Shown piece after piece: positions 52,977 through 63,844 of a stretch of DNA of 64,000 bases. The notes below the pieces were generated by a model. The model had not been told where the DNA came from. It saw nothing but the letters and a program-made list of their open reading frames with translations, and ran no database searches. The position numbers were made by a program, and so were the translations under genes. Numbering within the stretch: the first letter of the stretch is position 1; each line of letters begins with the position of its first letter. This DNA comes from Epithemia pelagica. Its lineage: Eukaryota; Protista; Bacillariophyta. The DNA is taken from the NCBI GenBank assembly GCA_946965045.2, contig OX337234.1, positions 496,001 through 560,000 on the forward strand. The letters run 5' to 3'.

Positions 52977-55900
52977 TAGGGTCTTCAAACTTAGGTAAAT
53001 GAAATTTTTGCTTAACTTGCTATGAAATTTAGGCTAAGTTTAGGTTTTGAAGTTTAGGTAGTTTAGGTGGCTATGGAATACGGCTATGGAGTCTCATTTT
53101 TTTCAATACATAGAAATCGAACCAAACAAGTCATCATCACAATGATCCACAACTTGTTCATTCGTTGCTTTATGGACAGTGGATCTTACCTTCATTAAAT
53201 ACCGTAAGTTCAGCCTAGCTCGCAGACAGACTTCCGCCTTGTCTTGCCCAAGATTACTGCGCAACTTACTCCAAACGTTGTTTTTGAGTGGCTTGGCAAC
53301 TCGCTCGACAGAGATAGAGCCAGTCGAACGAACCGAAAGAAGTGGTTCAATCACAAGATCGTACAACTTACTTGGAGGAGCAATGCTAAAAAACTCCAGC
53401 CTCCCTTGGTGGCCACCTGTGGTACTCACCCACTGACTCACCATTTGGATCGTGAGTTCGCGCTCTTCCTGGAATCGATCAGAAGGTGGACGTGGGCTCT
53501 CTGTGGGGAAGAGATCAATCCACTTCCCTGTGTGACCAAGATAGGACCTGAACTCCTGATCCACAATCAACCTGATGTCCCTTGTGTCCGGAGCTTCGAC
53601 CCTTCCCCACACAGTGGGACGCATATTGGGTGGCTCGACAGGTCCAGCATTCGGTGGTGGGGGTGGAGGTGGTTCCTGTGCAGGAATCACAAAGAACTCA
53701 ATTGCATCCTGCATGCAACGAGCAATTGATGGGTGAATGATAGGTCGCTTGGGGATTCTGGACCTGAAGGGATCCACGAGAAAAGCCCAGATTTGGTACT
53801 TGTCTAAGAGACCAACTTTCCGTCCAGGTGGTTCCGATCCATCATAGTTGAACCGATTGTCGCAGAACTCAACAATGGAGTTCCGTGCCCCACGGAGATT
53901 GAAGATTGCATCAATGGATCTGCTGCCACTTGCTGTTCCTGAACCCAATACACCATTCAACTCGTTGCGCATGGCAACAATCACGGGGTAGTACGCGGAG
54001 ATTGGAAAGTCATCGTCCGACACAAGCTTTGTTGCATGTTCAATCACAGCATAAATCTTGGCAACAACTTCCACCTTAGCCCATAGATCACGTGTAACTA
54101 GTCGAAGGGTTGCATCAATCTTTTCCTTACGCCTCTGTGTTCGCGAGTTGTAGTATTGCTCAAACATGGGATGGTGCCCGTTGCACCATTCATAAAAAGG
54201 CTTTTGGTTCAGAACCGACTCCAAGGTCATACCAACCTTGTTGAACCTTGTCTCAGAGTAGTTGGAGACATTGCCACAGGTTGCTGGTAGATCGCCAGTT
54301 CGGACTAGCTCATGTCGAATCCCATCTACATTGTCTGTGGTTGAAAACTCCATCAGCATGGCAATGTCTGACAGGAGTGAATCAATACATGGGACCTTGG
54401 CCACATCCTTTGCCAACAGGTCAATACAATGAGCACAGTCACGATTGCTCAGTATGTTGGGCTCTTTGGGGTTGTTGGACTTGTAGATTGCACATGCCTC
54501 TTTCACAACTTTCGTGGCAGCGTTGTCTGTTGCAACACAGCACAAGGGAGAATTGTACTCACGTCGCGTCTTCACCATGAAATCAACCATGTCTTGCGTC
54601 TCAGCCTCTGTTGCATGGGCGAGGTTGCGAAGACGAGAGGCCTTTGCAAATAAAGTAACACTACCTTTCGCAATGGTGGAGAGAATGGTGCTGGTACCGT
54701 TGCAGGTGACACCATCAGCTGCAATGGTCATGCCTCCTGGAATCTTTTGCATCATGGTGTTCAGCTCTAGTTGACACTGTTTGTCAATCACCATGACGTA
54801 GCGCTTGTAGATTGTGTCTGGGTGGTGGGGCACAAACTTCATAATACCCTTACCAAACCGTGTGACGAGTTCGTCTTGGACGAACGGGTCCAACAGACGT
54901 TGCATGGGCTCGAAGCGTGCGAGGGTTGTTTCGACAGACTTCATGATGAGACGATTGGCCATCTGTTCTGTCAGAACAGTACCAAAACTCTGTATGGACG
55001 ACTGCTGGTGTTTCTTGCGACCTGCTTTGTCTCCTGGTTTGGACCTGGCCTTGTCTCGTAAACTTGTTGACAGCGAGGATACAGAACTTGATGCACCTGA
55101 AGACTCTGATGCCATCACCCTCTCTTGGCTGAGTGGACCACCAACAATCAAACCCAATTGTTTCTTGGCACGCTTACTAGCTTGAGTTTGGCCATCACAG
55201 AGTTGGCGAATTTCAGTAGGAGCGCTCTTGCATTTCTGAATGATGTGATCAGATGCAACACTTGCATTGAAAGTCTTCCAATTTTTGTACATCTTGCAAT
55301 GGATGCACACAATCTTCAAGTATCCTTCTCGATCCGGGTCAGGGGAAATCTCAAACTGCTCTCGGATGTATTGGTTGGCTTTCTTTTTGGGTGGCTTTCG
55401 CTTATTTTGCGACAACGTCGTTGAGTCGTTGGTCGTAGTATCGTCTTCATCGTTGGCGTCACTTCGTCCCGTAGCCACTTCGAATGGTTCATCCTGCTCC
55501 TCGTCGCCTTCCGTCGTCGTCGTCGAAACCATGGCCGTCGTCGTGCCTTCTTGTTGTTGCTGTTCCTCGTCTTGTCCTTGTCGTTGTTGTGTTGCAGCTG
55601 TCAACGGTGACAGATCTTGGAACGTCACAACAGTAGTATTCGGCTGCTCGTCAGCAGTACTTTCGTTCTCCATTGCAACTTCTGCTGATCCTGTCTCCAA
55701 CAAATGTGATCGGAGTTTGTTTGATTGCTGAATCGTTTGTTGTTGTTCATCGTTCATGTGTCATCATTGTTGTTGTTCTTGCAAAGATCCCAAAGATATC
55801 AGCCTGTCAAGATCTCATGCCAACTGCCAACATCAACGGTTGGATACCTACGGTACCTATGCCTAGTTAACAAAAGGGCCTACCTAAACTTCGGTGGACA

Positions 55901-55983
55901 TGGCGTTGAGTCTTGTAAGTTACGAAAACTTAGGCCCCTAAATTTAGGCGGAGAAACTTCGGCTAAGAAACTTGAAGACCCTA
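52977..55983 (-). mobile_element. Complete hAT DNA transposon, 3007 bp
   Basis: 12-bp perfect TIRs TAGGGTCTTCAA; 8-bp TSD ATGATCGC (52969-52976, 55984-55991); subterminal TTAGG/CCTAA repeats. Confidence 0.95.
53103..55757 (-). CDS. hAT transposase (BED finger, DUF659-like core), intact 884-aa ORF
   Basis: CIHC..DHIIQKC, IAADG, NRDCAHCIDLLAKD, SETRFN, SVERV. Confidence 0.9.
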   Translation of the reverse strand: MNDEQQQTIQQSNKLRSHLLETGSAEVAMENESTADEQPNTTVVTFQDLSPLTAATQQRQGQDEEQQQQEGTTTAMVSTTTTEGDEEQDEPFEVATGRSDANDEDDTTTNDSTTLSQNKRKPPKKKANQYIREQFEISPDPDREGYLKIVCIHCKMYKNWKTFNASVASDHIIQKCKSAPTEIRQLCDGQTQASKRAKKQLGLIVGGPLSQERVMASESSGASSSVSSLSTSLRDKARSKPGDKAGRKKHQQSSIQSFGTVLTEQMANRLIMKSVETTLARFEPMQRLLDPFVQDELVTRFGKGIMKFVPHHPDTIYKRYVMVIDKQCQLELNTMMQKIPGGMTIAADGVTCNGTSTILSTIAKGSVTLFAKASRLRNLAHATEAETQDMVDFMVKTRREYNSPLCCVATDNAATKVVKEACAIYKSNNPKEPNILSNRDCAHCIDLLAKDVAKVPCIDSLLSDIAMLMEFSTTDNVDGIRHELVRTGDLPATCGNVSNYSETRFNKVGMTLESVLNQKPFYEWCNGHHPMFEQYYNSRTQRRKEKIDATLRLVTRDLWAKVEVVAKIYAVIEHATKLVSDDDFPISAYYPVIVAMRNELNGVLGSGTASGSRSIDAIFNLRGARNSIVEFCDNRFNYDGSEPPGRKVGLLDKYQIWAFLVDPFRSRIPKRPIIHPSIARCMQDAIEFFVIPAQEPPPPPPPNAGPVEPPNMRPTVWGRVEAPDTRDIRLIVDQEFRSYLGHTGKWIDLFPTESPRPPSDRFQEERELTIQMVSQWVSTTGGHQGRLEFFSIAPPSKLYDLVIEPLLSVRSTGSISVERVAKPLKNNVWSKLRSNLGQDKAEVCLRARLNLRYLMKVRSTVHKATNEQVVDHCDDDLFGSISMY

Positions 55984-56836
55984 ATGATCGCGGCCAAGAT
56001 GCAGGAAATGACCGGCGTTTCGGCCTCGGTGGTCAACCGCCCGGGCGGCGGCGATGGACCGTTCCCGGGCGCCCTTGAGGTGCTGGACGGCCCCACCGAC
56101 GGTTCGGTTGTGGGTTCCTTTGTCATCGATGTGCCGATCGTCGGCCCGTTGATTGATATCGGCATGGAAAACGACAGTTTTACGCCGGTCGGCATTTTCC
56201 TGACCTACCCGTTCGTGCTCGCGGCCAAGGGTGACGCACCTTACAAGAACATGGCAGAACTCGCCGCCCACGCCCAGGACAATGACGTGGTTCTTGGTCA
56301 TTTCGGAGCCGGACTGACCCCGACACGCGCGACGTTCGTGGCGGCCAAGCTCATGGACTTCGAGTTTGCCGACGATTCGGCCTTTGACCTTCTGGACTGC
56401 AACTCGCTGTCCTCCGGTGATGCCGACGTCATTAACACGACCCTGGCGCTGATCGAACCGTGCCTCGGCGACGTGACAATCCTCGCCAATATCGGTTCGG
56501 AGCCGATCGGCAAGCTGCCCGGCGTGGAAACCCTGTCCTCGCAATCCGGCGCCAGCGATCTGGAGCTGTGGAACGGTCTCTTCGTGAAGAAGGGCACACC
56601 GCAGGAGGTGATCGACAAGCTCGCCGAAATCTCGGCCGCCACCATGGCCAGTGAGGAAGCACAGGAACTCATGAAGGCAACCGGCGCCCGGGTCTATTGG
56701 CAGGGCACGGAGGAATCCATTGCCCGCATCGAGGCCGACCGGGTCAAGAGCGCCGAAATGGACAAGATCATCGAAGAGTGATCGCCAACCCGCGGTGACC
56801 GCCCGGCGCGGTCACCGCTTCGTTCCGGGAAAATTC

Positions 56837-57049
56837 ATGCAGCGCATCAGACTTGGCATCTTGCAAACCAACCACGACAAGTCGGTGGAAGTCGGGGACG
56901 CCTTTCCCGACGATGCCCACCGGTTTCGCGACATGTTCGATGCACAGGAAGACCGCTTCCAGTATCGCATTTACATGACGATTGGCGGTGAGGTGCCGCA
57001 GGACTTGGATGAGCAGGATGCGTTCATGATCACCGGTAGCCCGCTGAGC
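56837..57049 (+). pseudogene. Bacterial class I glutamine amidotransferase-like gene, 5' fragment
   Basis: MQRIRLGILQTNHD..YMTIGGEVPQDLDEQDAFMITGSP, truncated after ITGS. Confidence 0.75.
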
Positions 57050-57274
57050 CGCCTTGCCACGTGACAATCCCGTGACACTGGTCCTGACACGGTTGCGGGC
57101 CGAGTCGTTCGGATTGGAGCACACTGCTTCGTCAGTTTTCCGGGGGCGTTGACATGCCGTCGAAGTCACTCCAGTTTGCCGAAGCTTTGCGCTGCAACCT
57201 TGCCGCCGTTCCCAGCAGCGAGCCCGCCGCTTTTGAACACGCCAGCAAGGTCATTTTCAGCCGACAGGTGTTGC

Positions 57275-58192
57275 TTGGACACAATCAGAAAATCCTCGAT
57301 CGCCGATCTTCTGCTGGTCGTTCTGACAGCCGTGATCTGGGGTTCATCATTTGTCGCAATCAAGGTGGCGGTGCCCGAAACCGGCCCCTACTGGCTGGCG
57401 ACCATCCGCGTCACCATCGGTTTCCTGGTCCTCTTGCCCTACGCGATATGGCGCGGCCTTGTATTTCCGAGAACGGCCAGGACCTGGCTCCTGCTGTTGT
57501 TGATGGCCGCTTTCAACGTTGTTGTCCCCTTTCTCCTCATCTCCTGGGCCGAACTGTTCATCGATGCCGGCGTCACCTCCCTGCTCATGGGGACAGGGCC
57601 TTTCCTGGCGCTGATCGGCAGCCACATATTCACCCACGATGACAAGCTTACACCGACCAAGGCGCTGGGCGTCCTTCTGGGTTTCCTGGGCGTTTTGACC
57701 ATTGTCGGGTTTGACGCCATTGCCGGGCTCGGGCGTTCCAACCTCGCGGCCCAGCTGGCCTGTTTTCTGGCATCCCTGTCCTATGTTGTCAGCGGCCTGC
57801 TGGTTCGCATGATCGATATTCCACCCGGCCGCCTTGCCTGCCTTGCGCTGGGCGTATCCAGCCTGGCCCTCATCGCCATCTCGTTGGTCGCCGACGGCCG
57901 GCCATCGTTTGACCTGTCGGCCAATGCGGCCTTGGCGCTGGTCTATCTCGGTTTGGTACCGACGGGTCTTGCCTACCTTCTGCGCTTTCACCTGATACGC
58001 AAGATCGGCTATTCCACTTTCGCAATCGGCTTCAATCTGATCCCTGTGTCCGGCATTGTTCTGGGCGTGCTGTTGCTCGGTGAAACCTTGTCATTGCATA
58101 TCATTCTTGCCCTGATGCTGGTCGTCTGTGGCCTGTTCGTGACCAGGCTCGGCAGCAAACCGCAAACCACGGGAACAACAGCCCATGACTGA
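57275..58192 (+). CDS. Bacterial DMT/EamA-family transporter, apparently intact
   Basis: LTAVIWGSSFVAIKVAV..PFLLISWAE..LGVLLGFLGV..LVYLG..TGLAYLL..GVLLLGETLS; probable TTG start at 57275. Confidence 0.9.
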   Translation: MDTIRKSSIADLLLVVLTAVIWGSSFVAIKVAVPETGPYWLATIRVTIGFLVLLPYAIWRGLVFPRTARTWLLLLLMAAFNVVVPFLLISWAELFIDAGVTSLLMGTGPFLALIGSHIFTHDDKLTPTKALGVLLGFLGVLTIVGFDAIAGLGRSNLAAQLACFLASLSYVVSGLLVRMIDIPPGRLACLALGVSSLALIAISLVADGRPSFDLSANAALALVYLGLVPTGLAYLLRFHLIRKIGYSTFAIGFNLIPVSGIVLGVLLLGETLSLHIILALMLVVCGLFVTRLGSKPQTTGTTAHD

Positions 58193-58810
58193 CACGTTGT
58201 CCGACGGCCGTTCCACCCAACGCCTGCCGCTCATCGATGTCGCAAGGGGTGGCGCACTGGTTGCGATGGCGATCTATCACTTCACGTGGGACCTGGAGTT
58301 CTTCGGCTACGTTGAACGGGGCACAACGGCCATCGGCGGCTGGAAACTCTTTGCCCGCCTGATTGCCGGCAGCTTCCTGTTTCTCGTTGGCGTCAGCCTG
58401 GTTCTCGGACATGGCAGGGGCATAAGGTGGAGGTCATTCGGCAAGCGGTTTGCCATGATCGCCGTGGCGGCGGGACTGATCACCCTCGCCACCTATTTTG
58501 CCACGCCGGATCGATTCATATTCTTCGGCATTCTTCACAACATCGCCGTCTCGAGCGTATTCGGCCTGTTGTTTGTCCGGTTGCCGGCCCCGATCAGCCT
58601 TTTGGTCGGACTGGTGATCCTGTTTTCCGGACCCTTCATCACCGGACCCGCTTTTGATCACAGCCTGCTGCTGTGGCTGGGGCTTTTCACCGTTCCCGTC
58701 ATGTCCAATGATTTTGTTCCGTTTTTCCCCTGGACCGGGTGCGTTCTGCTTGGCATCAGTGCGGCAAAACTGGCGACTGACCAGGGCATGGTCCCGCGTG
58801 TGGCTGACCT
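58185..58810 (+). pseudogene. Bacterial DUF1624 / heparan-alpha-glucosaminide N-acetyltransferase-like gene, 3'-truncated
   Basis: RLPLIDVARGGALVAMAIYHFTWDL..FLFLVGVSL..IFFGILHNI..DFVPFFPW; overlaps the EamA stop; end approximate. Confidence 0.85.
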
Positions 58811-59040
58811 CTATATGAACGTCTCTGTGCAATTCATCGTCGGTCGCTCTCTGCCCACGCCGGAGATGCTGCACCTGATCGCTGAGGCCTACGCCCGCGA
58901 GGTGATCTACCTCGAGGATGACGAGTGGTGGGATGCCAACTATCAGTACTTCGAGCAGCCCACCCAGGGCGAGGCCAAGGGCTACCTGATCGACTACAAC
59001 CACAAGCACACCATGATGAACGCTGTCCTGCCACATCACA
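58811..59040 (+). other. GC-rich coding-like fragment of unknown origin
   Basis: YMNVSVQFIVGRSLPTPEMLHLIAEAYAREVIYLEDDEWWDANYQYFEQPTQGEAKGYLIDYNHKHTMM; strong GC3 bias; not DUF1624-like. Confidence 0.4.
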
Positions 59041-61164
59041 GCGTGCAGCTAACTGAGCTTCTAAACTTGCTCGTTCTTGCTCGTAACGAGGAAGGATCGG
59101 ACCTACTAGCTAGTTTAAGAAAGTACGGTACGATTCTAATTATAATAACATGGTCGTTGATTGTTCAAGGCTGGAGACTAGGCAAGTCATCCTAAGCCAA
59201 CTAAAAGCTGATACAACGAGATGACGATTTCAACTGTGTTTCTAAAACTAAACATTCCATTCATGCAATTAAAAAGTCGCTTTCATCGTTGCATTCATCG
59301 TCATCATCACTTCCGTTGTACTCGTCGTCGTCGTCCAACGCACTTGGTTGTTAGACGAGCAAGACGCTCTGCATCACTTGGCGGGACCTTCGTCCGATGC
59401 CGTTGGTTCGGCAAAGAACACTCTCACGAGCCTTTCCGGAAACATTTTGTTGGTAGCATCGATGAAGGATGAGGTCATTAGGCCTACCCAAAGCGCTTTT
59501 TTCAGTCGGGCTGTGGCCGTCCCAAGGAACTGGAATCAGGAGGATCTGTTTGGTCCGCATCGAGACCCGGAACAGCTGCTGGCTATTTGCGATACAGATC
59601 TATGGCTGCGTGACACCATTGGCCTTCGATCCCTTTGGAACCAACAACGGGTCTTTGTCTATCGCAGTCCCACCCATCATGAACCCTTGCCCACGGAAGA
59701 ATATGTGAACATTGTGGCCCGGTTTCTTCGTGGGGTAGTGGGGAACAATGCTAACTCCACCGCCGTGCGAGTCGTTTTGGAATCCATTTGCCATGAAGAA
59801 GTCGACATGCAAGTATTGGTGTTGTAGGGGGAACTGGGAGAGAATGCTGCCTGTGTTATCATGACTATCTTTGCATGCTTACTTTTTGAGACTTTCTAGT
59901 CCCTGGTCTCCTTGATTCCTGTTTCGCAACTCTTGATCCTTAAACTCGTGAGTTTTATCTATACATTCTAATCTCTCTCGTCGCATTGGAATACCACATC
60001 ACTCCAGCTCAACTGGCTGGGACACACTAGCTCTGACAAACTAGGCTCTGTCAGACTCAAGGATGACCAGAGATCCTAAGCTGCATCAACAATTAAAGCA
60101 GGCTATCAACAACATGCGGCTTACATATCTATGACAGGTGACTGGCTCATCGTTTGGTGCCTTAATTAGAGGATATTCAAGTAGGAATGCTTCAACCACA
60201 TGAACCCAAAGAAAAGCCGGAGGCAGCGCTTGCTACCCACATTCGAACATGTATTAGCTAGCTAGGGGCTTGATTCTTACGGTAACGTTCAATTGTGCAC
60301 ATGCAGCAGACACGAGAAACGACTGGAATCACCCCTTTGATTCCTGTTGCTCATACTAGCTAGGCCGCCCTTTCACAGCCACTACGTTTCTGCGCGTTGA
60401 TTATTTGACTTCGAGTCCCAACTTTGTCCTTCAAGGAGTTCTTTTTGGGCTGCAATGTGTCTTCGCCAAGCCATATCTTTTTGCTCGGTTCACTTGGTGG
60501 TCAATGACTCTCGGATTGCTAACCTCCTCGGTATACGGTTGCTTCTATTGCGCTCGAGAGGATGGGAGAATGCAATAGCCACGCTCTCCTCAGGCAGAGC
60601 AACAAGAGTTACAGTAAGTTGTTTATTTTTCTTCCTTCCACTGTGGAACTAAAAAGTTAAGAGTCCAAGGGGCAAAGCTGGAAGCCCGAACCGTACCTCG
60701 TTTCTTTTAAGAGAGGTGGACCATCGTCAGACCACGACGATCCTAGCTATTCTAACTATAACTAGCAATTTTTTGAGGGTGGTTTTGCTGTGGCAGTCAT
60801 GATGATCACTTCCAACGTCGCATGGGCGTGGGCTCCCAATGAAATGCCTCGACCAATGAAAGAACTCAAGTTCTCGATGAAGTAAGGTGACGCATAAAGA
60901 CCAATCACAACGTCTCCGATGATGAAGCTCCAATAGAGGCTTGCAACGTAGGTGTAAGAGAAATGGAGCATATGAGTGCTTTAGATGATCTCTCCTTCAG
61001 CTGCTAGTGCAACTCGGAAACGACAAAGGCAATTTCTGGGTCCGTGTCGCTCAGCAAAACAAGACGACGAGCGAGGAGCCAGGTATGATCCTTGGTTGGT
61101 GTGCATGTCTGGGCAATGCAGGAGCAGCTGTCGTTGGCCACACTAGTGCTTCTATTGCCTTGCC

Positions 61165-61735
61165 CGTCCGCCAGGACCAGCCGGGCCTCGAAGCTGTCGT
61201 CACGCGGGGTCTTCAGCGTGGCAACGAGCTGCCAGTATTCCTCGCTGACGAAGCGCTCGATTTCGCTTTCCCGGTCACAGATGAGACGCAGTGCCACGGA
61301 CTGAACGCGGCCCGCGGAACGGGCGCCCGGCAGTTTGCGCCACAGGACGGGCGACAGGTTGAAGCCGACCAGATAGTCGAGCGCGCGGCGAGCGAGGTAG
61401 GCATCGACCAGCGGTTCGTCGATGTCGCGCGGATGGGCCATGGCGTCGAGCACGGCCTGTTTCGTGATGGCGTTGAACACCACCCGTTTGACCGGCTTGT
61501 CGTCCAGGACACCACGCTTCTTGCGCAGCACCTCCAGCACGTGCCAGGAAATCGCCTCACCCTCGCGGTCCGGGTCCGTGGCCAGGATCAGGCCATCCGA
61601 GTCCTTGACGGCATCACTTATTTCCTTGAGCCGCTTGTTGGAAGCGGTGTCGACCTGCCAGGTCATGTCGAAGTCTTCGTCCGGCTTTACCGATCCGTCC
61701 TTTGCCGGCAAATCACGGACATGGCCAAAGGACGC
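61165..61735 (-). pseudogene. topA: Internal fragment of bacterial DNA topoisomerase I
   Basis: ASFGHVRDLP..LATDPDREGEAISWH..RRALDYLVGFNLSPVLWRKLPGARSAGRVQSVALR..EEYW. Confidence 0.95.
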
Positions 61736-62023
61736 CTGTTCGTCATCTATACCGGCTTCTGGGGCTTCTACGTGGCCTGCAACGTGCCGCTGATCGACCC
61801 GGCAACCATTGACGGCCTGATCACCGGAGAAACCTGGACGGCGACGACCATCTACCTGACACCGACGACGCTCGGTGCGATCACCATGAACTTCCTGATG
61901 TCGCTGTCGGGTGGCATGCTGGTGGCCTTCATGGTGTCCAAGGGCAACGCCTTCTGGACCTATTCAGGCGGTCCTGCCGGCATCATCACGGCATCAGCCG
62001 GCAACGACATCTATCACCCGATC
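61736..62023 (+). pseudogene. Internal fragment of a bacterial ammonium transporter (Amt family)
   Basis: IYTGFWGFYVACN..TTLGAITMNFLMSLSGG..WTYSGGPAGIITASAGNDIYHP. Confidence 0.7.
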
Positions 62024-62187
62024 TATAAACCATTTGTTACAAACAAAATGTCCTAAAATAGCTTGTGTACCATGATAAAGAGGTAAACAATAGTAAGTAT
62101 CAGATTTATCAACCTTCATTTGCTGTGCCACATTTGCTTGGGATATACATTCTGGTTGCAGTGTAAGTGAAACATTTGTATGGAAAA

Positions 62188-62805
62188 TCCGGAGCAGGCA
62201 ATCCCGAAAAGACTTCTGAGGCACTGAACGACTGGATTGCTGCTGGTGAGGCGAAATCCTGTGAAGATATGCCAGAGACGAAGGGTTTCACCGCGGTTTT
62301 GAGATCATGGCTCCGATCCAACCGTTCCGATGCCGCTGAAAAGGCTCACAGAGGCTTGCAACAAATGATGGACCTTGCTTCAACAGGGAGATTTCAATGC
62401 TTTCCTGACCGCTATTCCTTTTCAGTTGTGATCTCGGCCTATGCCAAGTCTAATTCCAAAAAGGCCGGGAAAAGAGCTCTTCAATTACTGGAGGAGCTTA
62501 AGAGTTTGTTTCGTGAGAAAAATGATCGAGCACTAGATCCGGATCTCTTCATGTATGTAGAGGTCCTGGTTGCGTGCTTGAGTTCGATGCAGATTCAGGA
62601 GGGGGAGGAAGCGATTCGTAATCTTTTTCGAGAGCTCTTATCGAAGGAGGCCTCTTTTTGGCAAGAGGCAGACATGGATGTTGTGCCTCGATGGTTGCGC
62701 AGATTGCGTCGCGCGTTTCAATCAAGCTGCTTCAAATATGACGAGTTGCTAGAGTTGGATTTGGAGCGAATCGAATCCATTGCGAAAAATGCTGTGCGCC
62801 GCTAA
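62188..62805 (+). pseudogene. PPR paralog, 3' part (continuation of 28517-30573)
   Basis: S.AGNPEKTSEALNDWIAAGE...LERIESIAKNAVRR* matches the copy-1 C-terminus, starting where the 5' part stopped. Confidence 0.9.
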
Positions 62806-63229
62806 TGGATGGATAGATTGTTGTCTGTCGTTGTCTCTATACTTGAAGAAAGTTGGTTCCATCCCTTTCAAGCAAAGCTGGTCACCGAAAAGTGTCTTCA
62901 TTTGTCTTTTCCGTAGGTCCTTTTCAGAGCGGCTTCGTCTTGGGACTTGGGATTTTGTAGTTTGCCTCTGGAGAATTGTGGCAAGTGGCAATAGCGATAG
63001 GAGTAAAATGGAAGAGAGAATGGAACTATGATATGGACTATACCTAATACCTACCTACTCTCATCTCTCATATATGGCTATCATTATGGATATTGGATAC
63101 ATGCATAAAATATACAGAGTTCTACGATACAAACAACCACATAAGACATAAGTAATAAGTACTCATCTAGTGTGAATTGTGTTGGGCCAGTCATTCATAT
63201 GACTGGTCGTGAACTGGTCATGAAGGATC

Positions 63230-63844
63230 TGAGGATGACATGGCCTATCAACAAAGTTTTGGGTTCTTCACCATGACGAATGGACATTGATGCGGCATCA
63301 TGTGCAAGAGCTGCTACCCAATAACTCTCCCCACTGTGGTGGAGGCAATGCCCCTGGCGCTTGGTTGTTTCAAAACAATTACGAACCAGAATTTGGCAGT
63401 CGTCATGAACGCCAGGTTGGGAGATTGGGGGATGGAGGCAAGTGGATCTGTGATCCTCATCGATTGCGACCAACCACAACAAAGGTGGAATCCTCTTTGC
63501 AGGAACAGCCACAGCCATGTTTGGTGTACAGTGTTGGATTTTTCATTTGAACAGGGTATTTGGGATGATATTGGTCCTCATTGTGAAATCCATACCTTTG
63601 ACATTACCAGTTACGAGACCACGGCAGCCAAAATTCGAGAAGGTCGTATTCCAAGTCCCAAACAACTCTTGCAACCCCATCATTATCCCCTACCCTTACA
63701 CTTTCATCCATGGGGCCAGAAGCAGCTCCGTTCACAACGGCAACAACACAAGCAAGAGGAAGGAACGGGGAGTCTTTCGCACTTTGCAAGAGACAGTGGA
63801 AATCTTGGGACATGTGGGTCGAACGATTCATATATTCAAAATTT
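63230..63844 (+). pseudogene. Methyltransf_22 (METTL24-like) pseudogene fragment
   Basis: AYQQSFGFF, WLFQNNYEPEF..ERQVGRLGDGGKWICDPHRL..CLVYSVG, FSFEQG..CEIHTFD, HFHPWG spread over shifting frames. Confidence 0.65.

Larger units (their letters stand above)
52825..56781 (+). pseudogene. tctC: Bacterial TctC (Bug-family) substrate-binding protein split by a hAT transposon (parts 52825-52976 and 55992-56781)
   Basis: GGAGG RBS; signal peptide MKKLAMAAALAA..AEYPESPVQFVVPFPPG; rejoined frame ..LTRMIAAKMQEMTGVSASVVNRPGGG.. gives 313 aa. Confidence 0.9.

Noticed and set aside
59348-59827. 159-aa ORF
   Set aside because: Could be a host exon fragment but no family recognised; not called
61007-62056. 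349-aa ORF as a single gene
   Set aside because: Chimera of the antisense topA fragment and the Amt fragment
30574-62187. Bacterial segments as pure contamination or misassembly
   Set aside because: Not sufficient as the sole explanation: two eukaryote-type TEs interrupt bacterial genes with mechanism-specific junctions, tctA has a nonsense codon, and the host PPR gene resumes on the far side. Individual junctions could still be artefacts until read support is checked.
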